Below, in pieces: positions 30,604-40,190 of a stretch of 64,000 nt of DNA. Position 1 is the stretch's first letter. Each line of letters starts with the position of its first letter. The stretch comes from Alphaproteobacteria bacterium. Lineage in GTDB: Bacteria; Pseudomonadota; Alphaproteobacteria; MPNO01. The stretch is taken from positions 4,271,977-4,335,976 of the forward strand of contig OZ220750.1 in the NCBI GenBank assembly GCA_965117055.1, written 5' to 3'. The notes beneath the pieces were generated by a model that saw only the letters and a list, made by a program, of their open reading frames with translations, was not told the origin of the DNA and made no database searches. The translations under genes and the position numbers were made by a program.

Positions 30604-31322
30604 ATGGCCAGTCGGACGACGGACGTCAAGCGGTTCTCCTACACAGACGATATCCTAGGCCAACTCTCAGTCTCGCTGTCGGAGGAGCGCCTGACCACCT
30701 ATCTTGATGCTGCCGATGGAGACCGCAAACGGGCCATTCGCCTGCACGTCTGGAACACGGGCATCAGCGCCGCGTTCTACGGGCCGCTGCAGGGGCTGGA
30801 GGTGGCGCTGCGCAACGCGATGCACCGGCGCCTTGCCGGCGCGTACGGCGAAACCTGGTACGACAATGGCAACGCGGAGCTCGACGCGGGCGCAAGGGAG
30901 CAAATCGTCCACGTGCGCGCACGCCTAGCGGGTGATGGCCGCGCCGACAACCCCCACCGAATTGTTGCGGGGTTGTCTTTCGGGTTCTGGGTTGCGCTGC
31001 TGCGTCGCGGAGGCCCCTTGGCGACGGCCGCAGGGCGGATTACGAGATGACGCTCTGGCGACCAGCCCTGCGCGGGGCATTCCCGCATTGCGCCTCCCTC
31101 AATCGCAGGCAGGCCCACCAGCCATTAGACGCATTGCGGTTGTTGCGCAACCGGACCGCTCATCACGAGCCGATTTTCACGCGAGACTTGGCGGAGGACC
31201 ACGACCGGATACTCGAAGTGGTGGGATGGATTTCTCCAGAGACGCGGAGGTGGATCGCCCACCACAGCCGCGTTCCTGGATTGCTCCAGACTTCGCGCTA
31301 CGCGGGAAAATCCGGGTTTTGA
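30604..31322 (+). pseudogene. Abi_2-family (AbiD/AbiF-like) abortive-infection gene, interrupted by a frameshift near 31010-31046
   Basis: The N-terminal piece MASRTTDVKRFSYTDDILGQLSVSLSEERLTTYL...GLSFGFWVALLRRG (GAGGTGA SD) ends at 31050. The continuation in another frame (31047-31322) carries LWRPALRGAFPHCASLNRRQAHQPLDALRLLRNRTAHHEPIF, which fits the conserved Abi_2 RNR.AHH.R.WN motif. Together they are about 240 aa. Confidence 0.65.
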
Positions 31323-31648
31323 AAATGAAAGTCCCGAACGGGCGGGCGGCACGCCACGATTGCCGATCCTCGATCTACGCGAAACGCGGAGCCACTGGCT
31401 GGACCCAACGCACTGCACAAATTCCTGCTCGGCCCGGATCCCGATGATCTGCTCTACCCTGAACCTCGATCGTCTCGTGTCCGTCTCCTCGGTGATGGAT
31501 TTTCCCATTGGACAAGGGAGATTCTAGGGCGCAGGTCAGGCTGGGCCCGACCGTGTCGAGAGTTCGGAGATGTTCCTTTCGCCCCGCGGCGCGACTTTCC
31601 CGCCAGCCCCGACCGTCGAAACGTGAATTGTGGCTCGCACTTGCCCGC

Positions 31649-31693
31649 GTTGTAATCTCCAGGCCAGCGGTTCGAGCCCGTCATCCGGGACCA
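31649..31693 (+). repeat. Direct repeat of the tRNA-Thr 3' half (putative attR of an integrated element)
   Basis: TTGTAATCTCCAGGCCAGCGGTTCGAGCCCGTCATCCGGGACCAGCC versus tRNA 29859-29903 TGTAATCAGCAGGTCGGCGGTTCGAGCCCGTCATCCGGCACCAGCC. About 40/46 bases are identical and the T-arm and acceptor are perfectly conserved. Confidence 0.75.
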
Positions 31694-31848
31694 GCCGTGC
31701 GCCTCCGCCCAGATAGACGGTTGCCAACGCTTCGCCGGTCATCCATAAGGTTCGCGGCATATTCCCGTGACCGGTCGTCGAGGCGTGCGCGTCCCATGCC
31801 GCCGTGCCCTCGTCCCCTGGCAGTCGACCGAAGGACGAGGAGACGGTC

Positions 31849-33816
31849 ATGACCGGCGCCGCGAACGCGCTCCCGGATATTACGCTCCACGACACCTCGC
31901 CCAAGCTGCTCCGGTGGAACGCGGAGACGCGCGGCGGCCGGCCCTGCCTGAGGGAGAAGCATCTCGGCATCTGGGAGACCATGACCTGGAGCGAAGCCGC
32001 GGCTAACGCGAGGCAAATCGCCTGCGGGCTCAAGACCCTCGGCATGGCGCGTGGCGACCGGGTGTCGATCATCGGCGACAACCGGCCGGTGCTCTACAAC
32101 GCGATCCTCGCGATCCAGTCGCTCGGCGGCGTGCCGGTGCCGATCTACCAGGATTCGGTGGCCGACGAGACGCGCTACGTCCTCAACAACTCCGAGGTGC
32201 GCTTCGTCTTCGCCGAGGACCAGGAACAGGTCGACAAGGTCCTGGAGATCAAGCCCGACTGCCCGACCATCGAGGGGGTGATCTACGACGACCCGCGCGG
32301 GCTCAGGAACTACCGCGAGGCGTTCCTGTGCAGCACCGAGGACCTGATGCGGGACGGCCGGGCATACGACGCCGCGAATCCCGGGTTCTACGACGCGGAA
32401 GTCGACCGGGGAACGCCGGACGACACCTCGGTCATCCTCTATACCTCCGGCACCACCGGCAATCCGAAGGGCGTCGTCCTTTCCTACCGGAACGTGCTGG
32501 TCAGCGCGATGAACTCGGTGCGGCTGGAGGGGCTCGGCGAGACCGACGAGGTGCTGGCCTATCTGCCGATGGCCTGGGTGGGCGATCACATGTTCTCCTG
32601 CGGGCAGGCGCTGGTGGCGGGTTTCTGCGTGTCCTGCCCGGAATCGTCCGACACCGTGCTCAACGATCTGTGGGAGGTGGGGCCGACCTATTTCTTCGCG
32701 CCGCCCCGGATCTTCGAGAACGTCCTGACCACGGTGATGATCCGCATCCAGGACTCGGGCTGGGTGAAGCGGAAGCTGTTCTTCCACTTCCTCGAGATCG
32801 CGAAGCTGTACGGCAAGAAGATCCTCGACGGCGAGAAGGTCGCGTTGGCGAACCGTCTCCACTACGCGCTCGGCTCGCTGCTGATCTTCCGGCCGCTGAT
32901 GAACACGCTCGGGCTGACCAGGGTGAAGCTCGGCTACACCGCCGGGGAGGCGATCGGGCCCGACATCTTCGACTTCTACCGCAGCATCGGTTTCAACCTG
33001 AAGCAGCTTTACGGCATGACCGAGGCGAGCGTGTTCATCACCATCCAGCCGAACGGCGAGGTCCGGTCGGACACCGTGGGGCGGCCGGCGACCGAGGTCG
33101 AGCTCAGGATCGAGGGCAACGAGGTCCAGTTCCGCAGCCCCGGCGTGTTCGTCGAGTACTTCCGCAACCCGGAAGCGACCGCGGAGACCAAGACCGAGGA
33201 CGGCTGGTGCCGCACCGGCGACGCCGGCTTCATCGACGCCGAGGGCCACCTCAAGATCATCGACCGCGCCAAGGATGTCGGCCGTCTGAACGACGGCACG
33301 CTGTTCGCGCCCAAATACATCGAGAACAAGCTCAAGTTCTTCCCCGACGTTTTCGAGGCCGTCAGCTTCGGCCACGAGCAGGACTACGTGACGGCCTTCA
33401 TCAACATCGACCTCGAAGCGATGGGCGACTGGGCGGAGCGCAACGGCATCTCCTATGCCAGCTACCAGGAGCTCGCCGGCCTGCCGCAGGTCTACGACAT
33501 CGTCCAAAGGCGGGTGGAGCAGGTGAACCGGGATCTCGCCGCGGACTCCGATCTCGCCGGCGCGCAGATCAGGCGCTTCCTCGTGCTCCACAAGCAGCTC
33601 GACGCGGACGACGGCGAGCTGACCCGGACCCGGAAGGTCCGCCGCCGCCACGTCTCGGACAAGTACGGCTCCCTGATCGAGGCGCTCTATTCCGGGCAGG
33701 ACCGTTGCGGGATCGAGACCGAGGTGACGTTCGAGGACGGCCGCAAGGGCATGGTGCGCGCCGATCTGCAGATCCGGGACGTCGCCCCGTCCGAAGCGGA
33801 GAGGAGCGCCGCGTGA
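31849..33816 (+). CDS. AMP-dependent synthetase/ligase (long-chain-fatty-acid--CoA ligase family)
   Basis: Start at MTGAANALPDITLHD. It has the AMP-binding motif YTSGTTGNPKGV and a C-terminal ligase domain. The listed ORF has a short upstream extension. Confidence 0.85.
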   Translation: MTGAANALPDITLHDTSPKLLRWNAETRGGRPCLREKHLGIWETMTWSEAAANARQIACGLKTLGMARGDRVSIIGDNRPVLYNAILAIQSLGGVPVPIYQDSVADETRYVLNNSEVRFVFAEDQEQVDKVLEIKPDCPTIEGVIYDDPRGLRNYREAFLCSTEDLMRDGRAYDAANPGFYDAEVDRGTPDDTSVILYTSGTTGNPKGVVLSYRNVLVSAMNSVRLEGLGETDEVLAYLPMAWVGDHMFSCGQALVAGFCVSCPESSDTVLNDLWEVGPTYFFAPPRIFENVLTTVMIRIQDSGWVKRKLFFHFLEIAKLYGKKILDGEKVALANRLHYALGSLLIFRPLMNTLGLTRVKLGYTAGEAIGPDIFDFYRSIGFNLKQLYGMTEASVFITIQPNGEVRSDTVGRPATEVELRIEGNEVQFRSPGVFVEYFRNPEATAETKTEDGWCRTGDAGFIDAEGHLKIIDRAKDVGRLNDGTLFAPKYIENKLKFFPDVFEAVSFGHEQDYVTAFINIDLEAMGDWAERNGISYASYQELAGLPQVYDIVQRRVEQVNRDLAADSDLAGAQIRRFLVLHKQLDADDGELTRTRKVRRRHVSDKYGSLIEALYSGQDRCGIETEVTFEDGRKGMVRADLQIRDVAPSEAERSAA

Positions 33817-33847
33817 GCGCACCGGAAGACGCGGCCGCCGGGGCGCC

Positions 33848-34610
33848 GATGCTTCGCCTGGACAGGATCTCCCTCGCCTTCGGCGGGGTCACGGTGCTCG
33901 ACGACGTGAGCTTCGACATCCGCGAGGGAGAGATCCGCGCGATCATCGGCCCCAACGGCGCCGGCAAGTCGTCGATGCTCAACGTGATCAACGGCTTCTA
34001 CCACCCGGACGACGGCACCATCACCTACAAAGGCGAGACCCGGACGCGGATGCGGCCGGACCAGGCGGCGCGGCAGGGGATCGCCCGGACCTTCCAGAAC
34101 ATCGCCCTGTTCCGCGGCATGAGCACGCTCGACAACATCATGACCGGGCGCAACACGATGATGCGCCGGAACTTCCTCTGGCAGGCGCTCTATCTCGGCC
34201 CGGCGCGGCGCGAGGAGCTCGAGCACCGGGCGCATGTCGAGAGGGTCATCGAGTTTCTCGAGATCGAGGCCATCCGGCGGGTTCCGGTCGGGCGTCTGCC
34301 CTACGGGCTGCAGAAGCGAGTGGAGCTCGGCCGGGCGCTCGCCGCCGAGCCCGATCTCCTCCTCCTCGACGAGCCGATGGCCGGTATGAACTCGGAAGAA
34401 AAAGAGGACATGTGCCGGTTCGTGCTCGACGTGAACGACGAGTTCGGGACGACGATCGCGCTGATCGAGCACGACATGGGCGTGGTGATGGATATTTCGG
34501 ATCGCGTGGTGGTTCTCGATTACGGCCGTCTGATCGCCGACGGCTCGCCCGACGAGGTGCGCGGGAACGAAGAGGTCATCGCCGCCTATCTCGGCGTGGT
34601 GCACGACTGA
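33848..34610 (+). CDS. livG: Branched-chain amino acid-type ABC transporter ATP-binding protein (LivG-like)
   Basis: MLRLDRISLAFGGVTVLDDVSFDIREGEIRAIIGPNGAGKSS with Walker A, LSYGLQKRVELGRAL and LLLDEP. An alternative GTG start at 33813 overlaps the upstream stop. Confidence 0.88.
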
Positions 34611-34634
34611 CGGCGGGCGAGCGGGGAAGCGGGC

Positions 34635-35573
34635 ATGGAGTTTCTCGAGTCGGTCACGGTCACCCCGTTCGTCATGATCGCGCAGGACTTCCCGGTGTTT
34701 TTCGGCGAGGTCGTGTTCAATGGCGTTCTGACCGGCGTGCTCTATTCGCTGGTGGCGCTCGGTTTCGTGCTGATCTTCAAGGCGTCCGGGGTGTTCAACT
34801 TCGCGCAGGGCGCGATGGTGCTGTTCGCCGCGCTCACCCTGGTCGGGCTGATGGAGCTCGGCCTGCCGGTATGGCTCGCCTTCATCCTCACCATGGGAGC
34901 GATGGTGGCGCTGGCCTATCTGGTCGAGCTGCTGGTGCTCCGGCACCTGGTCAATCAGCCGGACATCATCCTGTTCATGTCGACCATCGGGCTGACCTTC
35001 TTCCTGGAAGGGTTCGGAGAGACGTTGTGGGGCTCCAACGTCAAGAAGCTCGACATCGGAATCCCGGATGTCCCCGTCGATGTCGTCGGGATGCTGTTCA
35101 ACAGCTTCGACCTGATCGCGGCGCTCGCCTGCGCCCTCCTGGTGACCGGGCTCGCGTTCTTCTTCCAGTACACGCCGACCGGGCGGGCGCTCCGGGCGGT
35201 CGCCGACGACCATCAGGCAGCGCTCGCGGTGGGCATTCCGCTGAAGAAGATCTGGATCATCGTCTGGTCGGTCGCCGGCATCGTGGCGCTTGTCGCCGGG
35301 ATCGTCTGGGGCGCCAAGAGCGGGGTGCAGTTCTCGCTTTCCCTGATCGCGCTCAAGGCCCTGCCGGTGCTGATCCTGGGCGGCTTTACCTCGGTGCCGG
35401 GGGCCATAGTGGGCGGCCTGATCATCGGCGTCGGCGAGAAGATCGCGGAAGTCTACTGGGGTCCCGCGGTCGGCGGCGCCATCGAGAACTGGTTCGCCTA
35501 CGTGCTGGCGCTGGCTTTCCTGTTCGTGCGGCCGCAGGGCCTGTTCGGCGAGCGGATCATCGAGAGGGTCTGA
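34635..35573 (+). CDS. livH: ABC transporter permease (LivH-like)
   Basis: 312 aa polytopic membrane protein with a LivH-type N-terminus VFNGVLTGVLYSLVALGFVLIF. Confidence 0.88.
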   Translation: MEFLESVTVTPFVMIAQDFPVFFGEVVFNGVLTGVLYSLVALGFVLIFKASGVFNFAQGAMVLFAALTLVGLMELGLPVWLAFILTMGAMVALAYLVELLVLRHLVNQPDIILFMSTIGLTFFLEGFGETLWGSNVKKLDIGIPDVPVDVVGMLFNSFDLIAALACALLVTGLAFFFQYTPTGRALRAVADDHQAALAVGIPLKKIWIIVWSVAGIVALVAGIVWGAKSGVQFSLSLIALKALPVLILGGFTSVPGAIVGGLIIGVGEKIAEVYWGPAVGGAIENWFAYVLALAFLFVRPQGLFGERIIERV

Positions 35574-35576
35574 TTC

Positions 35577-36653
35577 ATGCTTTACCGGGAAACAGGCCAG
35601 TTCAAGACGACCTACGCCGCCGACCAGGCGATTTTTCCGATCTTCCAGGACCGCGTTTTCCTGTTTGCGGCGATCGCGTTCGCTTATGTCGCAATTCCCC
35701 TGATCGCGTCGGAATACATGCTCCAGGCCGTGTTGATTCCGATGATGATTTTTTCGATCGCCGCGCTGGGTCTGAACATTCTGACCGGCTACGCCGGCCA
35801 GCTTTCGCTCGGCACGGGGGCCTTCATGGCGATGGGCGCCTATTCGGCTTACAAGATCACCACCGGGTTCCCGGAGCTCAACATCATCGTTGTTTTTGTG
35901 CTGTCGGGCGTGGCGGCCGCGCTGGTCGGTATCGTGTTCGGACTCCCCAGCCTGCGCATCAAGGGATTTTATCTCGCCGTCGCCACGCTGGCGGCGCAAT
36001 TCTTCCTGATCTGGATGTTTAATCGTGTCCCGTGGTGGTACAATTACCATTCCAGCGGGACGATTACCGCTCCGCCGCGCGAGGTCGCCGGCATCATGCT
36101 CACCGGCCCGACGGCGACCGCCGAGACGCGCTACCTGCTGGTTCTCACATTCTGCGTCCTGGGCGGCCTGCTCGCCAAGAACCTGGTGCGGAGCAGGGTC
36201 GGACGGCACTGGATGGCGATCCGGGACATGGACATCGCCGCCGAAATCATCGGGATTCGCCTGCTCCCCAACAAGCTGCTCGCCTTCGCCATCAGCTCGT
36301 TCTATTGCGGGGTGGCCGGGGCGTTGCTGCTGTTTTCCTATCTCGGCAGCGCCGAAACCGAGGCTTTCGACATATTCGTCTCCTTCGACGTCCTGTTCAT
36401 GATCATCATCGGCGGGCTGGGCAGCATCCTCGGAGCCTATCTCGGCGCCGCCTTCATCTGGCTGTTGCCCATATTCCTCACCAACGCGCCGCAACTTGTC
36501 GGACTGTACATGCCGGTCGATTTCCAGAAGCACCTGGAAGTCATGATCTTCGGCTCGCTGATCGTCGTTTTCCTGATTTTCGAGCCGGCCGGGCTCGCCC
36601 GGCTGTGGCAGATCGGCAAGGAAAAGCTGAGGCGATGGCCGTTCCCGTATTGA
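35577..36653 (+). CDS. livM: ABC transporter permease (LivM-like)
   Basis: 358 aa; LivM-like with GYAGQLSLGTGAFMAMGAY. Confidence 0.88.
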   Translation: MLYRETGQFKTTYAADQAIFPIFQDRVFLFAAIAFAYVAIPLIASEYMLQAVLIPMMIFSIAALGLNILTGYAGQLSLGTGAFMAMGAYSAYKITTGFPELNIIVVFVLSGVAAALVGIVFGLPSLRIKGFYLAVATLAAQFFLIWMFNRVPWWYNYHSSGTITAPPREVAGIMLTGPTATAETRYLLVLTFCVLGGLLAKNLVRSRVGRHWMAIRDMDIAAEIIGIRLLPNKLLAFAISSFYCGVAGALLLFSYLGSAETEAFDIFVSFDVLFMIIIGGLGSILGAYLGAAFIWLLPIFLTNAPQLVGLYMPVDFQKHLEVMIFGSLIVVFLIFEPAGLARLWQIGKEKLRRWPFPY

Positions 36654-36780
36654 CGGGTTCGGTTGACGCCGGATTCGGGCGCGTGATAGCGTTTCCCGCG
36701 CGTTCCGGGTTGGAATTTTCGCGGGTCGGGCGATGTCGGGCCGGCGGGCGTAAACGTCAATCACCTCAAGGGAGGACCTC

Positions 36781-38106
36781 ATGAACCTCAAGAAACTGGG
36801 CCTGGTGCTGACCGCGGCGGTGGTCGGCCTGCCCGCCGTTCCGGTCACCGCGATGGCGGCGGGAGAAATGTTCATCCCGCTTCTCGTCTACCGCACGGGA
36901 CCGTACGCGCCGAACGGAATTCCGGCGGCGAACGGCATGGTCGACTACCTCAAACTCCTCAACGCGCGCGACGGCGGCATCAACGGCGTCAAGATCGTCT
37001 GGGAGGAATGCGAGACCAAGTACAACACGAAGCTGGGCGTCGAGTGCTACGAGAAGCTGAAGAAGAAGGGGCCGACCGGCGCCGCGATCGTCAATCCGTT
37101 CAGCACCGGCATCACCTATCAGCTCATCCCGAAGGCCTTCGTCGACAAGGTGCCGATCCATTCGATGGGCTACGGGCGCACCGCCGCGGGCGACGGGCGG
37201 GTCTTCAAATGGGCCTTCACCGCGCCGACCAGCTACTGGAGCCAGGCGACCGCCTTCATCAAGTACGTCGGCGAGCAGGAGGGCGGCCTCGACAAGCTCA
37301 AGGGCAAGAAGATCACGCTGATCTACCACAACAGCGCCTACGGCAAGGAGCCGATCCCGACGCTGAAGATCCTGTCCGGGAAGCACGGCTACAAGCTCGA
37401 TCTGCTTGCGGTCGACCACCCGGGCCAGGAGCAGAAATCGACCTGGCTGCAAATCCGCCGTCTGAAGCCCGATTACATCTTCATGTGGGGCTGGGGCGTG
37501 ATGAACCAGGTCGCGATCAAGGAGGCCGCCGCCATCAAGTTCCCGATGGACAAGTTCATCGGAGTCTGGTGGTCCGGTTCCGAGAGCGACGTCCGCCCCG
37601 CCGGCGAGGCCGCCAAGGGCTACAAGGCGGGCAACTTCCACGGCGTGGGGTCCGGCTACGACATCCACCAGCAGATCCTCAAGACGATCTACAAGGGCGA
37701 TGTCGCGGCGGCGAAGAAGAACAACTGGGGCGAGGTGCTCTACAATCGCGGGCTGACCAACATGGTCTACGACACCGAGGCCATCCGCACCGCGATGGGC
37801 AAGTTCGGCAACAAGCCGATGACCGGCGAGCAGGTCCGCTGGGGCATGGAGAACCTCAACCTCACCCAGGACAAGCTGACCAAGCTCGGCTTCAAGGACT
37901 TCATGCAGGCCCACCGCATCACCTGCGAGGATCACGAGGGCGGCGGACCCGTCATCTTCCAGCAGTGGGACGGCAAGCAGTGGAAGCTGATCTCGAAGTG
38001 GTACAAGCCGATGTACGACATCGTGCGCGAACAGGTCGAGAAGGAAGCCGCCAAGTACGCGAAGGAGAACAACATCACGCCTCGCGACTGCTCCAAGGAG
38101 GGGTAA
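36781..38106 (+). CDS. ABC transporter periplasmic substrate-binding protein (Leu/Ile/Val-binding family, Peripla_BP_6)
   Basis: 441 aa with a signal peptide MNLKKLGLVLTAAVVGLPAVPVTAMAAGE and a type I periplasmic binding fold. Confidence 0.88.
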   Translation: MNLKKLGLVLTAAVVGLPAVPVTAMAAGEMFIPLLVYRTGPYAPNGIPAANGMVDYLKLLNARDGGINGVKIVWEECETKYNTKLGVECYEKLKKKGPTGAAIVNPFSTGITYQLIPKAFVDKVPIHSMGYGRTAAGDGRVFKWAFTAPTSYWSQATAFIKYVGEQEGGLDKLKGKKITLIYHNSAYGKEPIPTLKILSGKHGYKLDLLAVDHPGQEQKSTWLQIRRLKPDYIFMWGWGVMNQVAIKEAAAIKFPMDKFIGVWWSGSESDVRPAGEAAKGYKAGNFHGVGSGYDIHQQILKTIYKGDVAAAKKNNWGEVLYNRGLTNMVYDTEAIRTAMGKFGNKPMTGEQVRWGMENLNLTQDKLTKLGFKDFMQAHRITCEDHEGGGPVIFQQWDGKQWKLISKWYKPMYDIVREQVEKEAAKYAKENNITPRDCSKEG

Positions 38107-38140
38107 GTCCTTCGCACCGAGTAGTAACGGAACCGTTGGC

Positions 38141-38953
38141 ATGGCGGAGAACGGAAGCGCCCTTCTCAATGTGAACAACATTGAGGTGATCTACGACCGG
38201 GTGATCCTGGTCCTCAAGGGCGTTTCCTTCCACGTTCCCGAGGGGGGCATCGTCGCCCTCCTCGGCGCCAACGGAGCCGGCAAGACGACCACGCTCAAGG
38301 CGATATCGAACCTGCTCAAGGCGGAGCGGGGAGACGTCACCAAGGGAACCATCGAGTATCGCAACGAACGGATCGAGAAGCTGACCGCCCACGACCTGGT
38401 CACCCGCGGCGTCGTGCAGGTGATGGAAGGGCGCCACTGCTTCGAGCATCTGACGGTCGAGGAAAACCTGCTGACCGGCGCCTATATCCGGGGCGACAAG
38501 AAGAACTTCGCCGACGACCTCGACATGGTCTACCGCTACTTCCCGCGGCTCAAGGAACGTCGCAGGGCGCAGTCCGGCTACACCTCGGGCGGCGAACAGC
38601 AGATGACCGCGATCGCCCGCGCGCTGATGACGCGCCCGAAGATGATGCTGCTCGACGAGCCGTCCATGGGGCTCGCCCCGCAGCTCGTCGAAGAGATCTT
38701 CGGGATTGTGTCGCGCCTCAACGAGGAGGAGGGCGTGACCATCCTGCTCGCCGAGCAGAACACCAACATGGCGCTGCGCTATGCGCGCTACGGCTACATC
38801 CTGGAGAACGGCCGCGTGGTTCTCGACGGCGAGGCCTCGACGCTGCGCGAGAACGAGGACGTCAAGGAGTTCTATCTCGGCCTCTCCACCTCCGGCCGCA
38901 AGAGTTACCGGGACGTGAAATCCTATCGCCGCCGCAAGCGCTGGCTCGCCTGA
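38141..38953 (+). CDS. livF: ABC transporter ATP-binding protein (LivF-like)
   Basis: 270 aa with GANGAGKTT, LSGGEQQM and LLDEPS. Confidence 0.88.
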   Translation: MAENGSALLNVNNIEVIYDRVILVLKGVSFHVPEGGIVALLGANGAGKTTTLKAISNLLKAERGDVTKGTIEYRNERIEKLTAHDLVTRGVVQVMEGRHCFEHLTVEENLLTGAYIRGDKKNFADDLDMVYRYFPRLKERRRAQSGYTSGGEQQMTAIARALMTRPKMMLLDEPSMGLAPQLVEEIFGIVSRLNEEEGVTILLAEQNTNMALRYARYGYILENGRVVLDGEASTLRENEDVKEFYLGLSTSGRKSYRDVKSYRRRKRWLA

Positions 38954-38957
38954 ACCG

Positions 38958-40190
38958 ATGACCGACTGTTTCGACGCGCTCGAGACGCGCTCTCCCGACG
39001 AGCGGGAGGCCCGGCTGATGGAAGCGCTGCCCGGGCAGGTGGCGCGCGCCAGGGAGACCGCCGGTCAGGCGGAGGTCCTTTCCGGTATCGAACCCCGCGA
39101 CATCGCCAGCCGGGAAGCGCTCGCGGAACTCCCGGTCATCCGCAAGAGCGATCTGATGGAACGCCAGGCCGAGATGCCGCCCTTCGGCGGGCTCAACCGG
39201 CTTCCGGACGGGAAGCTGACCCGCCTGTTCCTGTCGCCGGGGCCGATCGCCGAACCGCAGGGAAGGCGCCCCGATTACTGGCGGATGGCCCGCGCGCTCT
39301 ACGCCGCCGGGTTCCGCGCCGGCGACATCGTGCTCAACTGCTTCTCCTACCACTTCACGCCGGCCGGCATGATGTTCGACGGCGCTGCGGCGGCGATCGG
39401 CTGTCCGGTGATTCCGGGCGGCACCGGCCAGACCGAGAGCCAGATCGAGGCGATCCGCCGCTTCCGGCCGGTCGGCTATGCCGGCACGCCCGATTTCCTG
39501 AAGATCATCCTCGACAAGGCGGACGAGACCGGCGCCGACATCTCCTCGATCCGCCGCGGCGGGGTCGGCGGCGGCGCCCTACTGCCGCCGCTCCGCAAGG
39601 AATACGACGACCGCGGCATCGCCGTTCTGCAATCCTACGGCACCGCCGATGTCGGTCTGATCGCCTACGAGTCGGAGGCCCGGGAAGGCATGATCCTCGA
39701 CGAGGAGATCGTCGTCGAGATCGTCCGCCCGGGAACCGGAACCCCGGTGCCCGAAGGGGAAGTCGGCGAGGTTCTGGTCACGCTACTGGACGAGGACTAT
39801 CCGCTGCTCCGCTTCGCGACCGGCGACCTCTCCGCCATGATGCCGGGGCAGAGCCCGTGCGGCCGCACCGCGCCGCGCATCAAGGGATGGCTCGGCCGCG
39901 CCGACCAGCGGACCAAGATCCGCGGCATGTTCGTCGATCCCGCGCAGATCGACCGCGTCCTGGAACGCCACTCGGAGATCGGCCGGATGCGGCTTATCGT
40001 CAACGAGGAGGGCGGCATCGACGCTCCGGTTCTCCAGTGCGAGACCGGCGGCGGCCCGGAAGACCTCGCCGACGCCGTGGCCGGGACGTTCCGGTCCGAA
40101 TGCAAGTTGCGGGTCGCGGTCGAGCTCGTCGACGCCGGCAGCCTGCCGAACGACGGCAAGGTGATCGACGACCGGCGCGATTACGGCTGA
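38958..40190 (+). CDS. Phenylacetate-CoA ligase family protein (PaaK-like / coenzyme F390 synthetase-like adenylate-forming enzyme)
   Basis: 410 aa. PaaK-type features: NCFSYHFTPAGMMFDGAAAAIGCPVIPGGTGQTESQIEAI, GTPDFL and a C-terminal ACT-like part. Confidence 0.8.
   Translation: MTDCFDALETRSPDEREARLMEALPGQVARARETAGQAEVLSGIEPRDIASREALAELPVIRKSDLMERQAEMPPFGGLNRLPDGKLTRLFLSPGPIAEPQGRRPDYWRMARALYAAGFRAGDIVLNCFSYHFTPAGMMFDGAAAAIGCPVIPGGTGQTESQIEAIRRFRPVGYAGTPDFLKIILDKADETGADISSIRRGGVGGGALLPPLRKEYDDRGIAVLQSYGTADVGLIAYESEAREGMILDEEIVVEIVRPGTGTPVPEGEVGEVLVTLLDEDYPLLRFATGDLSAMMPGQSPCGRTAPRIKGWLGRADQRTKIRGMFVDPAQIDRVLERHSEIGRMRLIVNEEGGIDAPVLQCETGGGPEDLADAVAGTFRSECKLRVAVELVDAGSLPNDGKVIDDRRDYG

Noticed and set aside
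31125-31508. 127-aa minus-strand ORF overlapping the Abi_2 3' end
   Set aside because: Antisense to the Abi_2 reading frame, no motifs; likely spurious.
29901-31648. Integrase or recombinase within the tRNA-Thr insert
   Set aside because: No ORF in any frame shows tyrosine or serine recombinase motifs, so the island is called degenerate rather than active.
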